64,000 bases of DNA from a virus (Duplodnaviria > Heunggongvirae > Uroviricota > Caudoviricetes). How positions within the stretch are numbered: position 1 is the first letter of the stretch; every line of letters begins with the position of its first letter. The translations under genes and the position numbers were made by a program. Shown here in pieces: positions 54,773-63,983 of the stretch. The notes beneath the pieces are model-generated. The model searched no databases and was not told the origin of the DNA. It saw only the letters and a list, made by a program, of their open reading frames with translations. The stretch lies in the IMG/VR virus record IMGVR_UViG_3300032665_000013; one strand, 5' to 3'.

Positions 54773-54783
54773 ATTTATTCCTT

Positions 54784-54945
54784 ACAAATGATCCATTAAA
54801 ATATCCGACCATTTTTCAATTATTTCATCTCTGATATCATCGTCAAGATCGTTCCATTCATCTCCGATACCTTTACGAGATTCCAAATCTTTAACAATGG
54901 CCTCTGCCGCTTCTCTATACGAAGCAATATCATTTGTCAACATCC
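54784..54945 (-). CDS. small acidic ORF (53 aa)
   Basis: ATG to TAA. Below the ORF-track cutoff. Confidence 0.25.
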
Positions 54946-54953
54946 TTGACTCC

Positions 54954-55421
54954 TCAAACATAAGAAATTTTAGAAAAACCTTCTTCCATCATGGGATGTT
55001 GAAAATTCATCGCCATAGATTCCAAAACATGTTTTGGAATTGTCTTACCGAGACGAGAATCCAACCTACGCTGCCATTCTTCTTTATCTGGAACAGGAAA
55101 TACAACAGCCTTAAAATTATATCCAAATGGTTTCAAAATATCGATAATTCTTTTCCGAGACTTCACCGAAAGATTAGTACGATCAATGTAGATATCAGAC
55201 CCAGCTTCAGCTAACTTAGCCAGACGATTAAACATGGTTTTCTCAGCAAACCCTATAAGATCTTTAAATGCTGCATCATATGTCATCATATAGGTATTAG
55301 CAATATCTTCAATAATTCGATCTGTAGAAACAACAAAGGTATTAAAATCTTTCTGTGCATCAACCCAAGTGGATTTACCGGATCCGGGAACGCCGACTAA
55401 AAAAGTACATTTACGCATCAT
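54954..55421 (-). CDS. pnk: polynucleotide 5'-kinase (T4 Pnk kinase domain only)
   Basis: [10 protein letters not shown] P-loop, [26 protein letters not shown] match T4 Pnk [38 protein letters not shown]. The phosphatase domain is absent from this ORF. Confidence 0.7.
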   Translation of the reverse strand: [155 protein letters not shown]

Positions 55422-55596
55422 CAGATCCTTTCTTCTTAAAAGTATACTTCAATTTTGGAACAACAACCATTTGTTGAGTTTCATTATAATAAGGATTAAC
55501 CGAAACTCCAACCAATTCCCAACCTTCTCGTTTATGCCATGCCAGAGTTTCAGGAGAAAGTCCAGTTTTAACTGTCAAAATATTATAATTACTCAT
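55411..55596 (-). CDS. hypothetical protein
   Basis: 61 aa ORF. Confidence 0.3.
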   Translation of the reverse strand: MSNYNILTVKTGLSPETLAWHKREGWELVGVSVNPYYNETQQMVVVPKLKYTFKKKGSDDA

Positions 55597-56725
55597 AATC
55601 TCTTACGCCTTTAAATTTTCCAAATCTTGGTATACCATCAGGAGTATAATCCTGAAATACTACAGTACCCATTTTACCTATAATTTGAGATTTGTCAACC
55701 AAAAGTTGTCGGCAATATTCGAGAGAACCTAATGGACCACTTCCAAATAATTTACCTTCTTTTGTCTGACAAATTACATTCGCAGCTACTCCCTCACGAT
55801 TACCATCTCCATCCACCACATCAATAATCAAAAATTCATCATCCTGAAATTCTTTCCATTTCATTAATGATGTCGAACGCTTAAATTCATATTTTTCATT
55901 GAGACGTACCATGCCACCTTCAAACTCAGATTGTAGATATTCCGAACATACATTACCGACATTTTCCAATGGACAGTCGAGAATAGTATCTACGGCCACA
56001 ATAGAAGGATGATTAATAACATATACGATTGCCTCATACGTAGAATATCTTTGTATAAATCCTACATCTATAGATGGCACATCATAAATCCAGTATTGAA
56101 CCTTGGCAGCAGATTCGATAAGATCTTCCGCAGTTGGAGTTTTTTTCTTAATCAATGACATTATCTTATTAAAATTACGGCTATATTCATGGTTATAAAG
56201 TTCGCCGTCCAGAATAAGATCTGGGAATTGTTCAAATAATGGTGCCAACGCATCCGAAATATGGGGAACAGATACAAATAATTCTTTATTACGAGAAAAA
56301 CATCCATCTTTGGTGACGATACATCTGGCACCATCTAATTTTGGTTGGACTGATACTGAGGTAACTCCGGCTTCAATTAAAAACCGTAGACGATCTTTCC
56401 ATTTTGTTGCCAACATAGGTTCAACACCTTGTCTGTTATCAACATCATTAATGTTTTCAAAATAGCCTTTTTTTATTTGTTTTTCATACATCGCTATTAC
56501 TTCAAGTTCGGCCTGATCTTCTGGCGAAGTTTCGTTAGTTTTTCCTACATTTTTAGACTTACACCTAGTCCAACTAGAAATAGTCTTCTTTCCATCTATT
56601 TGGCCAGAAATAGTATGGTAAGACCCCCCATCGATTTCTGCGTACCAAATTTGAATATTACCTTTGGTTGTTCTTTTATACAGATGAGGTTTCGTTTTCA
56701 TTAATAATTTCTTTCTTAAAAACAT
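55589..56725 (-). CDS. ATP-dependent DNA ligase (T7-size)
   Basis: Motif I VQPKLDGARCIV (KxDGxR). EPMLATKW upstream. Confidence 0.75.
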   Translation of the reverse strand: MFLRKKLLMKTKPHLYKRTTKGNIQIWYAEIDGGSYHTISGQIDGKKTISSWTRCKSKNVGKTNETSPEDQAELEVIAMYEKQIKKGYFENINDVDNRQGVEPMLATKWKDRLRFLIEAGVTSVSVQPKLDGARCIVTKDGCFSRNKELFVSVPHISDALAPLFEQFPDLILDGELYNHEYSRNFNKIMSLIKKKTPTAEDLIESAAKVQYWIYDVPSIDVGFIQRYSTYEAIVYVINHPSIVAVDTILDCPLENVGNVCSEYLQSEFEGGMVRLNEKYEFKRSTSLMKWKEFQDDEFLIIDVVDGDGNREGVAANVICQTKEGKLFGSGPLGSLEYCRQLLVDKSQIIGKMGTVVFQDYTPDGIPRFGKFKGVRDYE

Positions 56726-56836
56726 AATGTGTGTGATAATTTTTCACATATACTGAGACTAATTCCCATCCATCCGCTCCATATCTATTCATTGTAGCTT
56801 CAGACATTTCAACAAAATTTAAATATTGAAATGTCT

Positions 56837-57268
56837 TCACTTCTCGGCCTCTGGATAGATAATAATCATAGGCTTTTGTTGTTTTTCTGCATAATCATGC
56901 GTATACCATGTTCCTCCATTAGGTTGCCATTCTTTTTGATATGGCACTACCATAAGAAGATCTGTCTCGTCAACTATATTTCTATTACGAGCAAAATAGC
57001 TTAAAGGCTCTCTACGTTCATCTGAGATAACAAAAGCTCGTAGATCCTCTTTTGCAGGCGGATGGCATACAATTTTATAACCAAGTTGTTTGGCTATATC
57101 TGCTAATTCTGCATCAACTCCTATACAATCGCCATGATGAAATTCAAATTCTTCATAAATTTTTGCACCTTCATGTTTAATATTATGAAGAAAATTGCAT
57201 GCCATTTGAATTTGATATTGATTACAACCGGAACGTGTGCCTGTTACACCGATCTTGATAACACTCAT
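56837..57268 (-). CDS. hypothetical protein (possible Rossmann-like nucleotide-binding fold)
   Basis: 143 aa ORF. HHGDCIGVDAELADIAKQLG pattern. Confidence 0.4.
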   Translation of the reverse strand: MSVIKIGVTGTRSGCNQYQIQMACNFLHNIKHEGAKIYEEFEFHHGDCIGVDAELADIAKQLGYKIVCHPPAKEDLRAFVISDERREPLSYFARNRNIVDETDLLMVVPYQKEWQPNGGTWYTHDYAEKQQKPMIIIYPEAEK

Positions 57269-57684
57269 ACATCAGTCTCCGAATTTAACTTATTAATAAA
57301 CCAAGGTCTAGCGATATTCGCAATAGGACCACCAAGTTTCTTTGGGTCAATCTGGGAAGCAATCATTGTATCCATTTCTTCCTTCATGATATCATTGAAA
57401 ACCCAACGAATAAAGTCTCCCATAGATTTCATTTCAAATAGCATAATTTGAACAGTAGAATCAGAATTAACAAACGTCAATGCTCTTGACGAAACATGTG
57501 CATTCCAATATCCAGATTCATACATCCATACTAAAGCTTCATCTCTAGCCTTGGTAGATTTGGGATAGATATCCCAATCATTAATTGGTTTATTTGTGAC
57601 TAAACTGGTAATAGCTCCGCCAGCAATAAAGCATTCTTTCAGACCAGCTGACCCACCGAATACAGCAAGAATTTTATCTTTCAT
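57265..57684 (-). CDS. minimal pol-beta-type nucleotidyltransferase-like protein
   Basis: FGGSAG...NDWDIY resembles the GS...D.D NTase motif. Confidence 0.4.
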   Translation of the reverse strand: MKDKILAVFGGSAGLKECFIAGGAITSLVTNKPINDWDIYPKSTKARDEALVWMYESGYWNAHVSSRALTFVNSDSTVQIMLFEMKSMGDFIRWVFNDIMKEEMDTMIASQIDPKKLGGPIANIARPWFINKLNSETDV

Positions 57685-57816
57685 GCTAGAACTCCCACTC
57701 GAATGGTGGGAGGTTGACGATGATCGCTCGGAAGACGTTCCTTCTAAAATAGGAAAAGATTTAATAGATTTTATAATATCATGCTTTCTACATTAAAGAT
57801 TATACACATACTTCGT

Positions 57817-58617
57817 TTAGATGTCAAGTGTTAAATTGGGATTGAACTCATTTTTATTTTCTTCTCTGTAACCCTTTGGATTAGCTACAATTCTAGTTTT
57901 TCCAATGTGGTAATCGAAGCTAGAGTGAGTGTGTCCATGTGTCCAAAGCACAATATGCTCATTATCTAAAATCAATTCGGACAAATCAGAGTGATATGCA
58001 CCGTTCAAGTGATAATCACCAGCATATTTTGCATTTATACTAAGTGGACTTGGGGCATGATGAGTGCATACCACAACTTTCCCAACATACCCCTCAATTT
58101 CCTTTTTAAGGTATGCTACAGCCTTGTCATGTAGCAATACGGCATCAGATACCTTGAATTTACGATAATTAGGCTTACCCCATGTAATAAGCCTAAAGTC
58201 ATTCATACAATCACCAATAATAACAAGAGACGTAGGATTACGTTTGTTGCCATCAAACCATAAAGTGGAACCGATAAATTTAATCTCATCTATAACAATA
58301 GAATCATTATCCAAAACATGAACATTTGGATACGCATTAAACAACACTTTTAAATATGCCGCATATGAATCGATCCTACCATGATAATATTCATGGTTGC
58401 CAAGGATATAAATTACATTCTTCCAGTTTTCAGAACAATAATCCATAAATGAGCTAAAATCAGCATTAAGAGTAAGCTGATAAGGACTCTCTGATCCACG
58501 AAGTAGATAGTCAATCACGTAAATATCCCCGGAAAGAACGAGAACGTCCGATCCGGGGATAGGGCGAGGCAGAGTATCAAACTCTGCATGTAGATCACTT
58601 AAAACGGTTATTTTCAT
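57817..58617 (-). CDS. calcineurin-like metallophosphoesterase
   Basis: LSDLH, GDIYV, GNHEY, HHAP, GHTH motifs. Confidence 0.65.
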   Translation of the reverse strand: MKITVLSDLHAEFDTLPRPIPGSDVLVLSGDIYVIDYLLRGSESPYQLTLNADFSSFMDYCSENWKNVIYILGNHEYYHGRIDSYAAYLKVLFNAYPNVHVLDNDSIVIDEIKFIGSTLWFDGNKRNPTSLVIIGDCMNDFRLITWGKPNYRKFKVSDAVLLHDKAVAYLKKEIEGYVGKVVVCTHHAPSPLSINAKYAGDYHLNGAYHSDLSELILDNEHIVLWTHGHTHSSFDYHIGKTRIVANPKGYREENKNEFNPNLTLDI

Positions 58618-58924
58618 CTCTATACATCCTATAATCTTTAATTAATGGTTCTACAATTAGTACATAAGTTGGAATTATTGTAATCGCACCAAGTATGATA
58701 CACAATGCACCAACCTCTCCCACAAATGATGCTAGTAGAAAAAATATTTCAATTGATCCCCATACTCCAACACAAGCTGCAAATAGTAAACTAAATGCGG
58801 CTACAAAATCCATCAGCGCATCATTATCCAATATAGCTGCCCAAAGAGCTTTCCAATCAATCATTATACATCGCTCCATCAAACCATTCATCACGAAGTT
58901 GATTATATTTGGTATTGCTACCAA
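58595..58924 (-). CDS. membrane protein
   Basis: Three hydrophobic helices. Confidence 0.4.
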   Translation of the reverse strand: MVAIPNIINFVMNGLMERCIMIDWKALWAAILDNDALMDFVAAFSLLFAACVGVWGSIEIFFLLASFVGEVGALCIILGAITIIPTYVLIVEPLIKDYRMYRDENNRFK

Positions 58925-59669
58925 GATTATTACGAACCATATTTAAAATGGCATCGTATGCTAGGGCCGGAGAATTGTCATCAAACAATTTAAATACCAA
59001 AGGTCGAAGGTAAGGAAGCTCCTTATCACCATATTTGATGGCATAAGTTTTACGATCCAACCCAAGAGTTTTTGTATAATATTCGACCCTGTTGAAAAGA
59101 CAGGTTGCCATTTCATGCAAGAAAAACTCAATTTTATATTCGAAATTTATCAACTTGATACGATCTTCATCTAGCACATGAGCTTTAATATCGTCAAGAG
59201 AATTTTCCAAAATCATCTCAACAATATTTCGATCTTGTAAAATCGATTCCTTGGCTTTATGGATTTGGACATACCAATGGCACTTCAATTTTACCATATG
59301 GCCTGAGTCAAATCGAACCACAAAACCTTCAAGGTCTTCCAAATCATGGACGTATTCAAGGAAAGCCTTAGTATCGTTTTGTTCTCCATAATTGGTCATA
59401 TTAAATACCCGAACAACAGGAATATCACCATTACCTTCTACAAATTTAACCATGGAATCATGCTTTGCATAATGGCCATTATGCAAATGACGAATAGCAG
59501 TCAAAACAAGCTGATCTTCTTTATAATCAAGTACGATACGTTGTTTACGTGAACACCATTCAAAGATCGGAGTAAGGTGCATGGAAATCATCCAACGAGC
59601 AAACTTCTCATATTGGGGATTGTTCTTCACAAACTCCTCTACAGGCTTAGCAACATCGGTAGCACCCAT
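58857..59669 (-). CDS. rnlA: RNA ligase 1 (RnlA), C-terminal 270 aa, separate ORF in +1 frame
   Basis: PIFEWCSRKQRIVLDYKE, GFVVRFDSGHMVKLKCHWYV, GLDRKTYAIKYG align with T4 Rnl1 [50 protein letters not shown]. Confidence 0.75.
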   Translation of the reverse strand: MGATDVAKPVEEFVKNNPQYEKFARWMISMHLTPIFEWCSRKQRIVLDYKEDQLVLTAIRHLHNGHYAKHDSMVKFVEGNGDIPVVRVFNMTNYGEQNDTKAFLEYVHDLEDLEGFVVRFDSGHMVKLKCHWYVQIHKAKESILQDRNIVEMILENSLDDIKAHVLDEDRIKLINFEYKIEFFLHEMATCLFNRVEYYTKTLGLDRKTYAIKYGDKELPYLRPLVFKLFDDNSPALAYDAILNMVRNNLGSNTKYNQLRDEWFDGAMYND

Positions 59670-59679
59670 CTTAGTACCC

Positions 59680-60102
59680 CTAGATCATCTGACCATCGAC
59701 AATGAATGGAGCAATCATGCTTCCATCTAATTTTTCAACAATGACATGTGGATGACCAAGATTTATTTGATTTTCCTGAGTTTCTTCACGCTCGTTCACG
59801 TTGAAGAACTTATGATAAGGGCGACGAATAATATCACCAGTTTTAGAATCAAAAATGATACCACGACATTCACGGCGAATTTTGGCTTGATATTGTGGAA
59901 GATTACGCTCCTCTAAAGAACCAATCGTCTTAAACTCACCATTTACATCAGGAAACGTATCATGAAAACAAACGTTATAGTTTACAACAGTATAACCTTC
60001 TTTCTCGGCAACTACAAATTCAGGACGATCCTTGATAGCAGGTAGAACATCTTTAATATTATAGATTTCTGGGAATTCATATCCGTACATAATATATCTC
60101 AC
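59680..60102 (-). CDS. rnlA: RNA ligase 1 (RnlA), N-terminal 140 aa including KxDG motif I
   Basis: ECRGIIFDS...RPYHKFFNVNE...IVEKLDGSMIAPFIVDGQMI matches T4 Rnl1 ECRGIMFEM...RPMEKFFNLNE...ILTKEDGSLVSTYLDGDEIL. Ends at TAG 10 nt before the C-part ATG. Confidence 0.75.
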   Translation of the reverse strand: MRYIMYGYEFPEIYNIKDVLPAIKDRPEFVVAEKEGYTVVNYNVCFHDTFPDVNGEFKTIGSLEERNLPQYQAKIRRECRGIIFDSKTGDIIRRPYHKFFNVNEREETQENQINLGHPHVIVEKLDGSMIAPFIVDGQMI

Positions 60103-60154
60103 TTTTATCTGTTACAAGTGTCATAATATACAAAATCAGCTGTGTCAATAGATA

Positions 60155-60631
60155 TTATGATGATTTATTTTTAACCAATCGATATCCAAGAATCCTAGCA
60201 GCTTCTTTAATCAATTTAAGATTAACATCATTATTATCTTGTCCACGCTTCCATGCACCATATGACAGAGCATTAAATCCATCATAATGATCCAACATAG
60301 CGAGAGTTTGATTGTCAGCATGAGTGCATTCGACAACTCTACCATAATTTCCTATCTTGTTAGAATATGTTGGGGAATAGATAATCTTTTTACCCAATTC
60401 TGGATCGTTACTCCATTGATGGAGGTAATCATTGTTCAACATTATTACAGTACGATAACCCATATTAATTCTCCCTTTATGCCGCAACACACATATGAAA
60501 ATGAAGACCCGTTTCGAGAGCTTTATGGCCGATTGCCACCGGAAAGAATCTTCCTTCTGGCGTAGCTGCAATAACCACATTTTGATTAGCATCACCAAGA
60601 ATTTTCTCTGCCGCTTTAACAGCATTCGCAT
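60155..60631 (-). CDS. hypothetical protein
   Basis: ORF of 158 aa. True start likely an internal Met. Confidence 0.35.
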   Translation of the reverse strand: MRMLLKRQRKFLVMLIKMWLLQLRQKEDSFRWQSAIKLSKRVFIFICVLRHKGRINMGYRTVIMLNNDYLHQWSNDPELGKKIIYSPTYSNKIGNYGRVVECTHADNQTLAMLDHYDGFNALSYGAWKRGQDNNDVNLKLIKEAARILGYRLVKNKSS

Positions 60632-60752
60632 AAGTCTTATACGTTTTCAGAGCAGTATTGATGTCTGACGATCCATTCCAAAGAACTTTCATGCTACTTC
60701 CTTTCGGTCTTGATGTAACTCTTCTAACGTATTTTAAATTAGGTGTCAACAA
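60477..60752 (-). CDS. hypothetical protein
   Basis: 91 aa ORF overlapping the previous one in another frame. Only one of the two is likely real. Confidence 0.3.
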   Translation of the reverse strand: MLTPNLKYVRRVTSRPKGSSMKVLWNGSSDINTALKTYKTYANAVKAAEKILGDANQNVVIAATPEGRFFPVAIGHKALETGLHFHMCVAA

Positions 60753-60867
60753 TTAATTTAAAACAATTTCAGAAAGAAGCACATATCCATGAACACTAGG
60801 AAGTGCCTTATATTCATATAGATGGTAAAGAATGGAATTGTAGTTTGTGATAATTCCGGGAATAATT

Positions 60868-60941
60868 TGGTATCCGAGGGCGGTAACGCTCCACCGTCTA
60901 TGAATTATCAGTTCATTGCTCTACTTTTGAGCTACACGGAT
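60868..60941 (-). tRNA. tRNA-Ile(GAT)-like with atypical D and T loops
   Basis: Acceptor ATCCGTG/CTCGGAT (one mismatch), D-arm GCTC/GAGC, anticodon arm ATGAA-CTGATAA-TTCAT, T-stem GGTGG/CCGCC with loop AGCGTTA, CCA. Confidence 0.5.
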
Positions 60942-60944
60942 ATC

Positions 60945-61019
60945 TGGATGCCCCGTTTGGACTCGAACCAAAACCTACAGATTCAAAGTCTGTTGTCACT
61001 ACCATTAGACTAAGGGGCA
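60945..61019 (-). tRNA. tRNA-Gln(TTG)
   Basis: U1-A72 acceptor TGCCCCT/CGGGGCA, anticodon arm ACAGA-CTTTGAA-TCTGT, T-arm TTTGG-TTCGAGT-CCAAA, CCA. Confidence 0.8.
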
Positions 61020-61032
61020 TTAATTTTTATTA

Positions 61033-61106
61033 TGGATGCCCTCCAAGGACTCGAACCTTGATTCACGGAGTCAGAGTCCGCTCTCTTACCATTAGAGGAA
61101 AGGGCA
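61033..61106 (-). tRNA. tRNA-Gln(CTG)
   Basis: U1-A72 acceptor TGCCCTT/GAGGGCA, anticodon arm GCGGA-CTCTGAC-TCCGT, T-arm CAAGG-TTCGAGT-CCTTG, CCA. Confidence 0.8.
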
Positions 61107-61479
61107 ATATAGTATATATGTTACTTTTTAAACATAGGATATGTTAATCTTTGATATAGCAAATAAGAACCAATTATCCCACTAAATATAGCAAGGCTAT
61201 AATGCCCAATAAATATATCGGCTATACATCCCAGCAAATTCAAAATTATAAGAATCATATGTATAATTTTTATTGTCATAATATTTCACTTTTTCTTAAA
61301 CAAAGGAGAGTATATTAGTTGGTGAGTTATGGCTAGAGCGAATAACCCGCTTATAAAAGAACTAATATACTCACCAGAATATAATTCTGTCACACACGCC
61401 ATCGCATTTAATGCGGCAAGGATAGTTCCTATGGCTTCAAACAATTTGTACTTTGGCATGTCATTACTTTCATTTTATA

Positions 61480-61557
61480 TGGTAGCCCCACCGAGTTTCG
61501 ATCCCGGATCATAGACTTGAGAGGTCTATATGCTACCCAACTTACACCATGGGGGCC
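61480..61557 (-). tRNA. tRNA-Glu(CTC)-like
   Basis: Anticodon arm ATAGAC-CTCTCAA-GTCTAT, T-arm CCGGG-ATCGAAA-CTCGG, CCA. Acceptor 6 bp plus one mismatch. The 5' end overlaps the stop of the GIY-YIG gene. Confidence 0.5.
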
Positions 61558-62180
61558 GTTCTTCCTTTATACCATCCATCTGGAATATTGTCAATTCTTT
61601 TTATCTTTTTATTTACTATACCATCAGTAATCCATTGTGTTCCAAATTGTGAGTTTTCTTTTCCACAATTTTTTCCTATTTTAGATAAACGCATTTTATT
61701 TTTAGATTCATCTGAATGTTTTTTACCAAGAAATGTAGAAAATGCTTCTTTACCGTGGCGTTCTATAATCTTAGATATTCTATTTAATTTCCAACTTTCG
61801 GATGAATGATATTCTTTAAATTGTTTAGATGTATAATTTCTACGACTATATCCTCCCATGCTAGAAGCTCGTGGTGATCTTAGTCCATTTGAATTAATAT
61901 AACTAAATCCACCTTTACCTCCAACACAGATATTGTAGGTGTCATTTCTTGCACAAAACTCTTCAGTTACTAATTCGGCTTCCTTGGAATTCATCTCAAA
62001 TTTGGTATCAAAAATATATACGATTTCTTTATCAAAATTACTTATTCCATATTTTTCAATGGCATGATTCAATAATGTTCCTGATCCCATATATGAATCT
62101 TTTAAATTCTTTGTTTGATGTTTTCCGATATAAATTTTACCATTTATCTTATTTGTTATTTTATAAATTGTATAAAACAA
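61542..62180 (-). mobile_element. GIY-YIG homing endonuclease
   Basis: MFYTIYKITNKINGKIYIGKHQ...SYMGSG. Paralogous to the nadV-inserted endonuclease. Confidence 0.75.
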
Positions 62181-62247
62181 AATATTCTCCGGGTTTACAT
62201 AATTAGATTTACCATATGTACTATATATGTAAACCCGGAGTTCTATG

Positions 62248-62320
62248 TAGAGCAGACGGGGTTCGAACCCGCTTACACTTGATTGAAAATCAAGCCGCCC
62301 GCCGATTAGCGTTCTGCTCC
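62248..62320 (-). tRNA. tRNA-Glu(TTC), CCA not encoded
   Basis: Acceptor GGAGCAG/CTGCTCT, D-arm CGC/GCG, anticodon arm CTTGA-TTTTCAA-TCAAG, T-arm GCGGG-TTCGAAC-CCCGT. Confidence 0.8.
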
Positions 62321-62323
62321 ATA

Positions 62324-62875
62324 TTAATCAATAGTAACCGTAACTCCGGTTTTTTCTATTGGCTTTAATAAATCATAATATATGCTATATATAGCATGTT
62401 TATGTGCTATGTCAATATCTTTTTTCGCATCATCCATAAAAAATTTTCTAGCAGAGATAATATTTTGATTCCGCATATTATCTCTGATATCTGTACTCAA
62501 AAGTAACCACGAACCATTATCATAATTTTTAATAGTTGTCGAATCAATATTAGGGGTACTTATAAAAGTTTTTGGCAAATGTACAGATATCTTTTTATTA
62601 GCATAATCTACGTTATAAGTTATCTTATTTAAACTTGTTTTAAATTCTACAGAACCACTTATAATAGATGATAGCTCTGCCTTCATTTTATAGTTTTGGT
62701 ATGTAGATGTCGCCACTGTTGTAGAATTATATTCTAATGATACTAGATCACTCTTTTCTTTTAATTGAGAAATAGCATTCACTACAGTACCGATATTATC
62801 CCAATCACTCCGAGCCATAACCCCAATTATAAAATAAGTTATTAATGCACCAGCTATACAAGATTTATACCCCAT
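62324..62875 (-). CDS. membrane-anchored hypothetical protein
   Basis: N-terminal TM helix AGALITYFIIGVMA. Confidence 0.45.
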   Translation of the reverse strand: MGYKSCIAGALITYFIIGVMARSDWDNIGTVVNAISQLKEKSDLVSLEYNSTTVATSTYQNYKMKAELSSIISGSVEFKTSLNKITYNVDYANKKISVHLPKTFISTPNIDSTTIKNYDNGSWLLLSTDIRDNMRNQNIISARKFFMDDAKKDIDIAHKHAIYSIYYDLLKPIEKTGVTVTID

Positions 62876-63983
62876 AATGACGAATTGCCTTATAATTGGT
62901 AGATGTTTTTTGAGAATAAATTTTCAACTCTTTACCTTGATAAGAAATCAGGGGTTTAGAACATCCATGCGAAATCCAATTAAGAGCATGTGTCCTAGCA
63001 TAGGCTGGATTATGGTGGGCCGTAGCAATATATTCCACCATTTGCTCTCTTTGATAAACACAACGCTTATTAAATTTTATAATTTGATCTGAATTCATCT
63101 TTTTAATCAAAGACATAATATTATAAGTTGAAAAATAATATGCAGCCCGATCACTTGTCAACCCCTGAAGTTTAATTACAGAGGTCGGAAGCTTATGATG
63201 ACGAGAATACTTACTAATTTTATTAGCAGGTCGCAATCCATCTTTATCAAATCCTACGGCATAGGATGTAAATTGATATCTACCCATGCTAAGCAAAGTA
63301 TCTCCCAATGACGGAATATTATCCAGAAAATTACGACCACCTTCTTTCATATAAAGATTCATCATAATATAATTCTGCTCACCATTACGATATGGCATCA
63401 ATTCCGTCATAGAATACGCTGTAAGAGCATTTGCATCAATTTGGATGGCAGAGTACACTAGTCCCCAACAATGCGCTGTATCAAGCTTATTATCAACACA
63501 CAAATGTCCCCAATTAATATCGTTCTTAACCTTACCAAGGTCCATATTCAAAATATGATTATGGCGAACGATTGACATCTTTTCAGGCGAAGAATTTACA
63601 TAATGGTCAATAATAGACGATGCAGATGATACAGTGGCAGGAGAAACATTTTGAATATGCAATTTCTTATTCCATACACGTTTCATAGACGAATTCCAAT
63701 CCACAGTCTTGGAATTTGGAATATTTCCATTGAAGTCTAAATACCCAAATGACAGTTTGGATAGACCAGCTTTTTTAACTGGTGCAAAATCAACTGGTCC
63801 TCTTTTATCAATACGATGTGACAATTCAAACCTAAACAATGGTTTAAATCCAGCATAATCGTTCTTAAAAGGCGCTAAACCAATAATCATCGGAATAGCA
63901 GCCAATTTAACCAAATTATAAACATTACTCATAATATACTCCTGTCTTATTTTAGGACTATACCAGAGAAAGGTTAATGTCAA
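62865..63983 (-). CDS. hypothetical protein (N-terminal hydrophobic segment)
   Basis: 372 aa ORF. No recognised domain. Confidence 0.45.
   Translation of the reverse strand: MTLTFLWYSPKIRQEYIMSNVYNLVKLAAIPMIIGLAPFKNDYAGFKPLFRFELSHRIDKRGPVDFAPVKKAGLSKLSFGYLDFNGNIPNSKTVDWNSSMKRVWNKKLHIQNVSPATVSSASSIIDHYVNSSPEKMSIVRHNHILNMDLGKVKNDINWGHLCVDNKLDTAHCWGLVYSAIQIDANALTAYSMTELMPYRNGEQNYIMMNLYMKEGGRNFLDNIPSLGDTLLSMGRYQFTSYAVGFDKDGLRPANKISKYSRHHKLPTSVIKLQGLTSDRAAYYFSTYNIMSLIKKMNSDQIIKFNKRCVYQREQMVEYIATAHHNPAYARTHALNWISHGCSKPLISYQGKELKIYSQKTSTNYKAIRHYGV

Noticed and set aside
60822-61514. ORFs 60822..61013 (+) and 61329..61514 (+)
   Set aside because: They lie across tRNA-Ile-like, tRNA-Gln and tRNA-Glu genes on the opposite strand.
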